Below are positions 18,058 to 25,559 of a stretch of 60,201 nt of DNA, piece after piece. Origin of the DNA: Parcubacteria group bacterium M6-OD1-4 (GTDB lineage Bacteria > Patescibacteriota > Patescibacteriia > Patescibacteriales > UBA12465); NCBI GenBank assembly GCA_003056205.1, contig LSNS01000006.1, forward strand, positions 1-60,201. The letters are read 5' to 3'. The notes under the pieces are model-generated. The model was not told where the DNA came from. It searched no databases and worked only from the letters and a program-made list of their open reading frames with translations. The position numbers were made by a program, and so were the translations under genes. Numbering within the stretch: the stretch's first letter is position 1; each line of letters begins with the position of its first letter.

Positions 18058-20685
18058 ATGTTAACAGAAGACAATATTTTTAAAATTAATCTTGACAATC
18101 ATGATGAGGATGATCTTTTGAAGAATAAATCAGAAACCAATATAAAACCTAATGAAGAAGGGGCAACAAAACATTCCGCAGAATGGTGGAAAAAGCAAGA
18201 TCAAGCATCTGAAGGGGCTGACAGTTTTTATAAATTAATCAAAGATAAAAATTTAAATACGATTTGGGATGAAAATTATAAACATAATCCTCTATCTTTT
18301 TTTGAGGATGAGAATTTTGAATATCTCAATCAACTTGAAGTTGGTGAACGTCTTAATTTATTGGCCATGTCTGCTACCTCGCTACTTATTACTCCCCAGT
18401 CAGCAGAAAAATATTTTGAAAGATTCCCTGATGATTTATTAGCAGTAGATAGCATTTTTTCATTTGTAAGGTTTGAGGATATTAATTACAGAAATTATCA
18501 TTTATTTTCTATATGTGCTTTGCAAATGGATCCTGGCGATTTAAGAGTTTCTAACAATGGTAGCTATCAGCAGCTTGAGGGGAAATTAGAACAATTTTAT
18601 AATATTGCCCTTCGTCGACGGGAAGCTCCTAAATTTTTATTAAGTAATTTTAATAATTTGGACATCAAAGATAATTTTGCCGAATTTGGAAAGGCCGCTT
18701 CAGGATTATTTGAAGTTTTAAATAAGGCTGATGATCAGAATACTAGACTAGATACATCTCCAATGTTTTCGAATGAATATCAAAAGTTATCAGAAGATAA
18801 AAAATCACTCTTTTTAAGAAAATGTTTAGCGCAACTTCAATATTCTTTATTATTTACAGAAACTTTTAATAGCCGTTTTACTGCCGAATCAACCGCTTAT
18901 TATGATGCTCACATCGAAGATCATTATAATGTAGCGCATTCCATGATTTTTAAAACATATCAACCTCGTTCATCCTACAATATTGATCAAAGTTATTTTA
19001 GACATGAAATGGATTGGACGGTTGAAACTGGTGGTGATGTTGAAGAGTATGCTGATCATAAAATGCTTCTTGCTGTTTTAGAAGAATTTCAAGACTTGAA
19101 AGCTGATCAAGATGAAAATACGGAATTGCTTGTTGAATTTTGGAATAAAAATCGTAATCCTATTTTTATTAATTCCGTTTCTCGGGCACTGTCTAAACAA
19201 AACGTTAACTTAGCGGCTTCGCGATTATTAGAAAATTTACAATCCGAAAAAGATAAGAAAGAGCCAATTAGTGCTATGCTATATCGCTTGGAGTTTGGTA
19301 AAGTTGGAATTTCAGAAGATGGAATCAAATATTTAGAGAAAATATATGATTTAGGTCAATATAATAAATCAGAGTTTTGTGCTAGTCGTTTAACAGCTAA
19401 TGGAGAAATAGGTATTTTTAATGAAGAGCTTGAATTAATTAAATATTTTCATCTTGGTCAACTTGATAGTCCGGAAAAAAGAATGAAAGCGGAAGTTTTA
19501 GATTTTACCTACGACACTCTTTTCATTGGGGATAAAAATGAAACCAAAGAAGAAAGACAAGAAAGAGAAATCTATCTTGAAGAATTCAAAAAAAATTATT
19601 ACCGCATTTCCGAAGAAGAAATATTCAAAAATACTGATACTAGACTTAATAATCTTTCTTTTAAGGAACAAGGCTGGTTTTTAATTTATTTTAATCAAGT
19701 TAGTCAGAAAGACAAAGAACAATTGCGCAATTTTATTGCTACTTATCGTGAAAATGGTGTGAAGAGTTTTTTATCTCTAGAGGCCAACCAAAAATTAGGA
19801 AATAAAATAGTAGAATTAGGGAATAAATTAGATCGAGATTCTGGACAAATTATTTTTCATAAAATTTCTGAAATTATCGATTTAGCGGAGAAGGAAAATC
19901 AAGAACTTGAACAGTTATTTTTAACAGATCAGATTGATATTGATTTTGATTGGAAAGATATTCGTTTATCCTTATTGAATAAAACACAAAATATTATTGT
20001 AGATTTTAATAAATCATTCAAGGGAAAAAATGAAACAAAACAGATCTCTAAGTTATTAAGTGATTTAGAAAAAAGTCAGGCGGACATGTTATTACTGACA
20101 CAAGTTTTAAAAGCTACTAAAAAAGAAAGAGAAAAGATTCCTCTCGAAATAATTAGGGACTTAACTCTAGAAAAAAAAGTGATTGATAATCACCATCGAA
20201 AAGTTTTAACTGTGACCGAGAAAAAACAACTAGTAAAAATTGCTGAAGAAAATTATCAAAATTTATTTTTACAGAAAAATAAAAATTATAATCCTGAAGC
20301 CTATCACCGAATTATTTCTAATTTTAAAAAAGAATTAGAAAATATTGATGGGCAAATGATATATATTTTAAAATATAAAGGTAACATTATTTGTTTTAGT
20401 AAATTCAAAAAGATTTCTGCCGAAGCGGTTGCTGGTGGATCTTTTAATGTTTCTCAAGATGTTCAAGGTTTGGCTCTTGGGGGAGCTTTTCTTAATAAAG
20501 TTTTAAGTGAAATTTCTAAATATTATGATGTTCATATTGTGAGTCGAAAAGATAATCTGGCCAACAATTACTATCAACGTAGTGGATTTATTATTACTGA
20601 AGAATATCGAGAGAAAGATGGAGTTGATTATTATCGAATGCTTAAACCCTCCGATTCGGCTCGGCTCTTAAAAAAGGCTAGTTAA
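18058..20685 (+). CDS. Large acidic hypothetical protein with C-terminal GNAT-like domain
   Basis: 875-aa ORF; SFNVSQDVQGLALGGAFL and ANNYYQRSGF resemble GNAT motifs A and B. Confidence 0.65.
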   Translation: MLTEDNIFKINLDNHDEDDLLKNKSETNIKPNEEGATKHSAEWWKKQDQASEGADSFYKLIKDKNLNTIWDENYKHNPLSFFEDENFEYLNQLEVGERLNLLAMSATSLLITPQSAEKYFERFPDDLLAVDSIFSFVRFEDINYRNYHLFSICALQMDPGDLRVSNNGSYQQLEGKLEQFYNIALRRREAPKFLLSNFNNLDIKDNFAEFGKAASGLFEVLNKADDQNTRLDTSPMFSNEYQKLSEDKKSLFLRKCLAQLQYSLLFTETFNSRFTAESTAYYDAHIEDHYNVAHSMIFKTYQPRSSYNIDQSYFRHEMDWTVETGGDVEEYADHKMLLAVLEEFQDLKADQDENTELLVEFWNKNRNPIFINSVSRALSKQNVNLAASRLLENLQSEKDKKEPISAMLYRLEFGKVGISEDGIKYLEKIYDLGQYNKSEFCASRLTANGEIGIFNEELELIKYFHLGQLDSPEKRMKAEVLDFTYDTLFIGDKNETKEERQEREIYLEEFKKNYYRISEEEIFKNTDTRLNNLSFKEQGWFLIYFNQVSQKDKEQLRNFIATYRENGVKSFLSLEANQKLGNKIVELGNKLDRDSGQIIFHKISEIIDLAEKENQELEQLFLTDQIDIDFDWKDIRLSLLNKTQNIIVDFNKSFKGKNETKQISKLLSDLEKSQADMLLLTQVLKATKKEREKIPLEIIRDLTLEKKVIDNHHRKVLTVTEKKQLVKIAEENYQNLFLQKNKNYNPEAYHRIISNFKKELENIDGQMIYILKYKGNIICFSKFKKISAEAVAGGSFNVSQDVQGLALGGAFLNKVLSEISKYYDVHIVSRKDNLANNYYQRSGFIITEEYREKDGVDYYRMLKPSDSARLLKKAS

Positions 20686-20702
20686 AGATTAATGCTGAGT
20701 TT

Positions 20703-21491
20703 TCAGGAAGCTGAGCTTGAAGTTTTTTTCTCTCCAGCCTCATTCCAGAGAGAATTAAAAATAAATTTATTTATTTCATAAATATTCTTATTTTCAATAA
20801 TAATTGAAACCAGGTGTTCTTTATTGATGACTTGGAAAGATACTTTATTATCATAAATTTGAATTGCAGACTTGAATTGCACTAAATGCTTATTAAGATA
20901 ACGAATGTTCGTTATTTTTTTGTAGTCTAAATTGCTATTAGGTTCGTGAAACGGATCGGCACCAATTCTGATAATTCTTTTTGGTATTCCAAGTTGTTCG
21001 CGTCGGTTTTTGTACCAGGAATTTATTTTTCTAAATTCTTCTTCTTTTTGTAAAGCGCTTTTGTCAAGTAATAGACAAATTTCTGTTTTACTAGTTAAAG
21101 TATCTTCTAAAACTCTCCTAAAACCATCTTGACCTTCATAGAATTTAACCCCAGGTTTATTATTAATTAAATTATAACTGGAGATTAAATCTGGTAAAGA
21201 AGCTGTGAATTCTCTTTTAGTCTTATTAAGTTCTTTCTCACGATATTCCAAAACTTTTTCAAGATTTGCGGGATGTTCGACAATAAACAAAGTTACACTT
21301 GACTTACTTTCTTTTTTTGAAATCAAGCCCAAATCAATCAATTCTTCCAGCCCCTTATAGGTCACGCCCCGGGGTCTTTTTGTTTTTCTAGCAATATCAC
21401 TAGCCTTTAAAGGACCATTTTGTAGTAGGCAATCAAATATCTCAGCCTGAACATTAGTTAAACCGAGTTTGAGAAGTATTTTTTTATCCAT
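20703..21491 (-). CDS. TrmB-family transcriptional regulator (HTH + PLD-like sensor domain)
   Basis: LGLTNVQAEIFDCLLQNG...RGVTYKGLEELIDLGL; KPGVKFYEG; IQIYDNKV. Confidence 0.85.
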   Translation of the reverse strand: MDKKILLKLGLTNVQAEIFDCLLQNGPLKASDIARKTKRPRGVTYKGLEELIDLGLISKKESKSSVTLFIVEHPANLEKVLEYREKELNKTKREFTASLPDLISSYNLINNKPGVKFYEGQDGFRRVLEDTLTSKTEICLLLDKSALQKEEEFRKINSWYKNRREQLGIPKRIIRIGADPFHEPNSNLDYKKITNIRYLNKHLVQFKSAIQIYDNKVSFQVINKEHLVSIIIENKNIYEINKFIFNSLWNEAGEKKTSSSAS

Positions 21492-21660
21492 ATTATTTAA
21501 TTTTAATGTTTTTTAATATCTTCAATTATTTTTTTTCTGCTTAATTCTTACAAAATATCTGGTATTCTCTCTGTCTATACCAGAGTATAAATTGTGGATA
21601 ACTTTACAAGACTTAGATTTTGTTGTGTTAGCCACTCAAGTAGTTCTTGTTTATATCACT

Positions 21661-21689
21661 ACTATAGCAAAATAAAATATGTTTGTCAA
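21661..21689 (-). promoter_or_regulatory. Promoter of the trmB-like gene
   Basis: TTGACA-N17-TATAGT on the minus strand; overlaps palindrome ttgtca-N10-tgacaa (21683-21704). Confidence 0.65.
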
Positions 21690-21785
21690 CTTTAATAATG
21701 ACAAAATTAATAAATAAATATACTTGTTTTATACAGTATTGTCAGATGTTTTATTAACAATTATCAATAAATGTCCTAATTAGTA

Positions 21786-21814
21786 TTGACAGATATGTCA
21801 AGCTATGATATACT
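21786..21814 (+). promoter_or_regulatory. Promoter of the RNA-rich operon with a palindromic operator over the -35 box
   Basis: TTGACA-N17-TATACT with TG extension; TTGACA-gata-TGTCAA palindrome at 21786-21801. Confidence 0.75.
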
Positions 21815-21820
21815 GTCAGT

Positions 21821-22390
21821 ATTAAAAGTGAGAAAAACGAAAGGATGATGATTAAATCGTTCTCCTAAATAGATTAAGGAATAATCTATAGTGTACGTAA
21901 ATAATTTAAAGTGATTATGACAGTTTCAGGAGATTAAGATGAATTAACATCTACTTCTTTCTTAAAAAATAAGAAAGGAGTTAGGGAGAGAGTTCATTTC
22001 CTGAGGCTAGCAAGCACTTATTTGTTTGCTTTCATCTTCAGTCTTTGACTCAAGTTGAAATAAACGTTTGGTCGAGCTGATCCGAAGATTACGTTGCAAA
22101 CCGTAATCTCAGGCGCAGGCGATCTTAGTATCTTGTAACCGTATTTCCGCAAGGAGAAAAGGTTCGGAGAAAAGCGACCCAACGTGACCGTCTCTTATGA
22201 GGAGATCGGCTGAGCCCCTAAACCTTGAACAAGTTTAAGACTCAGGAATTTCCTCAGAAAAGAAAAAAAGAGGGAAAGTTCTTTGTCAAAAAAAATATTA
22301 AAATTTTTTTATTCTTTGAAAGGCATTATTCAGAGTATCCTGTTAGCGCATTATTAATTAGATGGGCGATAGAATACTCCGGACAATGTT
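21821..22390 (+). ncRNA. Long structured leader or ncRNA of unknown class
   Basis: About 11 near-contiguous stems with G-U pairs favouring the + strand, e.g. 21922-21934/21996-22008 and 22064-22074/22175-22185. Confidence 0.65.
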
Positions 22391-22414
22391 GCGAGGAGAG
22401 AAAAAACTAAGTCG

Positions 22415-22810
22415 ATGAAAAGTGTAAAATTTTTTGCCAGCCTGGGAGTAGTCTCTGGGTATGGGCATAAAAATGTAACCGCTACCAGCGCGGTTAATAT
22501 AGCTGGAAAAGCTTGGCAGAAAGCCGCTGCCGAGGTAGCCACCAAGAACGGGGGCACCTATGTTGGTGCGGTGATTACTCCAGCGCGAGTAATTTATCAT
22601 ATTGACTGGGGTTGCCCGGTCGGCGGAGAAATTGCAGTCGCCATTACTGGCGAATGCAATCCAGAGTATACTAAATTGGCAGCATATAAGGCTGCCGTAT
22701 TGACAACATTGAAAAGGGCCGCGTTGGCTCTTGGACAAAAGACAACTCAGTTGACCTTCCAGGAGGTCGAATTTGAGTACTTAGATTTTCGTCCTAAAGG
22801 AAAAAAATAG
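22415..22810 (+). CDS. Hypothetical protein (131 aa, WGCPVGGE motif)
   Basis: ATG ORF, first gene after the leader; higher GC than the host genes. Confidence 0.75.
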   Translation: MKSVKFFASLGVVSGYGHKNVTATSAVNIAGKAWQKAAAEVATKNGGTYVGAVITPARVIYHIDWGCPVGGEIAVAITGECNPEYTKLAAYKAAVLTTLKRAALALGQKTTQLTFQEVEFEYLDFRPKGKK

Positions 22811-22905
22811 AGGCAACTATAAACCGTGTACCAAGGCTACGTGAATGTTTTGGAACTCAAAAGGTAGAGTTAAAATTACCTATATATTAGTTAAAATTTT
22901 CGAAA

Positions 22906-23229
22906 ATGGAAAATTTAATTAATATGACTCCCCACCCGATTAATATTATCAAGGAAGGTCAGCCAACCAAAACCATCCCTATTTCAGGGAAATTGATTCG
23001 GTTGAAAACCTCCACAATATTAACGGGGGTTGAGGTCAATGGTGTGCGTTTATCTAAAACTGTTTTTGGTGAGCCCGAAGGGCTCCCGAAAGAAGTTGAA
23101 GGAACTTACATTATTGTTTCTCAGCTCGTGAAGTCAGCTTTGCCGCAACGTTCGGACCTTCTGGTCCCTGCTGAAGTGGTGAGGGATAACCAGGGACACA
23201 TCTTAGGATGTCGTTCTTTGGGAATCTAG
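22906..23229 (+). CDS. Hypothetical protein (107 aa, NxTPH ... IVSQLV ... VRD.QG.ILGC)
   Basis: ATG ORF in the operon; motif pattern recalled from phage-like uncharacterised proteins, not verified. Confidence 0.75.
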   Translation: MENLINMTPHPINIIKEGQPTKTIPISGKLIRLKTSTILTGVEVNGVRLSKTVFGEPEGLPKEVEGTYIIVSQLVKSALPQRSDLLVPAEVVRDNQGHILGCRSLGI

Positions 23230-23380
23230 GTTGATTTACGGAGGAGCCTGAACAGGATTCGGGGTGTTAAACAAACACCTGGCAACAGAATAAATAGTTT
23301 CCCGAATAGTAGAAAAATGGGTTAATAAGTCACTACGAAGTTCAAACAAAATCTGGATAACTATTGTTCAAATAGTTATC

Positions 23381-23433
23381 CTCCCTCTCGAAATGTGTGT
23401 TTCGACTGATGAGTCCAAAAGGACGAAAGGGAG
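23381..23433 (+). ncRNA. Hammerhead ribozyme, type III; predicted cleavage after C23387 (CUC triplet)
   Basis: ctccc-UC / stem I tcgaaa-tgtgtg-tttcga / CTGATGA / stem II gtcc-aaaa-ggac / GAAA / gggag: full core and three perfect stems. Confidence 0.92.
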
Positions 23434-23628
23434 TTGTTCATTTAAAATTAAGATAAATTAAATCTTTCATTTTTCTATTTTAATTTAATAATTCAAATAT
23501 TTTAATTCTTATTTTTAGTATTTTCTCAAAAAAGATATTAGAAATGAGAATTAAAATAATTTGTTAACTTTAAAAAAGGAGACCTAATGTGAGATTGATG
23601 AAAATCAAGGTAAGCGTTAGGAAGAAAG

Positions 23629-24867
23629 ATGAAAAAGGTTATTGTTTGTGGTCCGCCCCACTCTGGCAAATCGGTGTTTTTGGCCAATATCATGGCTAAA
23701 ATACCGTGTGATCAATATATATTGATCTATGGGTGTCCCGATGGTGAGGGACATTGGTCAAATATTGCCAACCAAAATGTAGCCCAGGCAATTAGACAGA
23801 AAGGTGTTTTTGACGCCACTTTTCTAAATTTCATTACGAAGTCCATCCGAAATGCCGAGCAACGCTTGGTGTTAGTAGATGTTGGAGGACGTCGCTCTTC
23901 TGAGAATGAAATTATTTTTCGCGAGTGCGAAGGGTATATTATTCTTTCGTCTTCGCCAGAAGAAATTTCGGCTTGGCGACAATTCGGTGATGGGCTGGGA
24001 CTGCAATGTCTAGCTGAACTGGATTCGCGGCTAAGTACAGAGGAGTCTGTTCTTTATCCCAACCAAGGTGATGGAATCCTGAGGGGTTTGGTTGTCGGGT
24101 TAGAACGGGGGACCTTCGTAAACTCGGTTGTAATTGATGTTTTAGTCAAACGATTCAAAGCAATAATTACAGCTAATAGCCAGATGACGCTGGCTGAAAA
24201 AGAAGCGGATATTTCTGGGATTCAATTAGCTGACAAGATTGGCATTGAAGACCGGACCGACCCATTCTTAGGTTATCGCCCCTGGCATTTAATGCCAGCT
24301 TTGAAGGCGGTAAAACGTCTGTATTCTAAAAAGATAATTCGCATTTGGAACATTCGCTCTTTTTGGACGGCATCAGCGATGGTTATTGCTTTCCAAAAAT
24401 CACTTGTGGAATTGTTTGATGTTTCTAATGGTTACATCGCAATTCCGAGTTTGAAACCAAAGAAGTCTGGGTCAGAAATTGGAATTGACTGGAGAGTAAA
24501 TGAATTTGACGATTTTACCATCGTTAACTTCAGGATTAATGGTGATATATTTGATATATCTACCTTACGGAAAGTGTACCCACCGGCCGTTAATCAAGCA
24601 AAAGGGGTGATAATTTCAGGTAGAGGACCGATTGTTTTAGGGGCGACTATTGCTCGTGCCTACAGCAATGGCAAACATCCGTTTATTGCGATGTTTGCTG
24701 CGGCAGAATCGGGCCGTAAACAGCTTTCTTTAAATGGTCAAAAATGGGATGAAGTCTATCCTGTTTGTGGCCCATGTGTGGAAATTGCCGGCCAGAATAT
24801 CGGACGGCTAATTCCTGTGAATACAGAAAATCTTAAATTTGAGGTCAAGGAGGACCCTATAAAATGA
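23629..24867 (+). CDS. csx3: P-loop NTPase fused to Csx3 (Crn3 ring-nuclease-like) domain(s)
   Basis: GPPHSGKS, CPDGEG, LVDVGG; C-terminal PPAVNQAKGVIISGRGPIVL matches the Csx3 signature. Confidence 0.8.
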   Translation: MKKVIVCGPPHSGKSVFLANIMAKIPCDQYILIYGCPDGEGHWSNIANQNVAQAIRQKGVFDATFLNFITKSIRNAEQRLVLVDVGGRRSSENEIIFRECEGYIILSSSPEEISAWRQFGDGLGLQCLAELDSRLSTEESVLYPNQGDGILRGLVVGLERGTFVNSVVIDVLVKRFKAIITANSQMTLAEKEADISGIQLADKIGIEDRTDPFLGYRPWHLMPALKAVKRLYSKKIIRIWNIRSFWTASAMVIAFQKSLVELFDVSNGYIAIPSLKPKKSGSEIGIDWRVNEFDDFTIVNFRINGDIFDISTLRKVYPPAVNQAKGVIISGRGPIVLGATIARAYSNGKHPFIAMFAAAESGRKQLSLNGQKWDEVYPVCGPCVEIAGQNIGRLIPVNTENLKFEVKEDPIK

Positions 24868-25358
24868 AAGAATTAAATTGGAAGTTAGCTGATGGTACTC
24901 TGGTTATTGATCGGAAAAATAGCCATCTAGCTAGCCATTTAAAGACTTACCCTTTATTGAGTGAGGCCTTGCCATTGGCTTTAGCTCAAATTGCTCCCCT
25001 TCATCAGAAAAATTTTCATCTCCAAGAAGTGAAGATGGATAAGGTTGTTGGTGAATCTATTTGTGTCGCTACTAATAAGAACGATGAAATTGTTTACGCC
25101 AAACGACCAAATCGTGAGGGGTTAACGCGATTCGTTAAGAATCGTGTCGCTGAAGAAAGTAACAAAATATCCGTCATCCTTAAGAAAGGTGAGGGATGTT
25201 ATATCCTTTTGTCCGCTTTTGTCGGTGGACTGACTCCTCCCGAGCCCTGGGACGAGCATGCCACTCCGGAGAGTTTTACGTTCTGGAACGAACATGCCCT
25301 AATTTGGGGTTGCGAAGAAATTGTTCCCGGGACTGAAACCCGAGATTGCCCTTGGTAG
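24864..25358 (+). CDS. Hypothetical protein (164 aa)
   Basis: ATGA overlap with the upstream gene; AGGAGG at 24848-24853. Confidence 0.75.
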   Translation: MKELNWKLADGTLVIDRKNSHLASHLKTYPLLSEALPLALAQIAPLHQKNFHLQEVKMDKVVGESICVATNKNDEIVYAKRPNREGLTRFVKNRVAEESNKISVILKKGEGCYILLSAFVGGLTPPEPWDEHATPESFTFWNEHALIWGCEEIVPGTETRDCPW

Positions 25359-25559
25359 TCTAAATCTCAAAGTTTAAGCGAATGATTTGTTTATATCATT
25401 CGCTTTCTTTCCAAGCTCGTCATTCGTGGCGGTTTTTGAGAGGAATTGCTCTCATTGTTCTTTTTTAATCTAATATTAATTGGTTGTCATTTACCATTAG
25501 TTTTTTGGTTTTATTGGTTGCTTATTTAAGGCGCTCAATAAAACCAAAAAACTGTAAAA

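Noticed and set aside
22064..22215. TPP riboswitch (CTGATCC...GGCGCAG) or group II intron domain V resemblance
   Set aside because: No properly placed CTGAGA pyrimidine-sensing arm; no AGC triad or bulged domain V pairing
22225..22738. Short overlapping ORFs (22225+, 22354-, 22358-)
   Set aside because: They overlap the structured leader or are antisense to 22415-22810; no recognisable motifs
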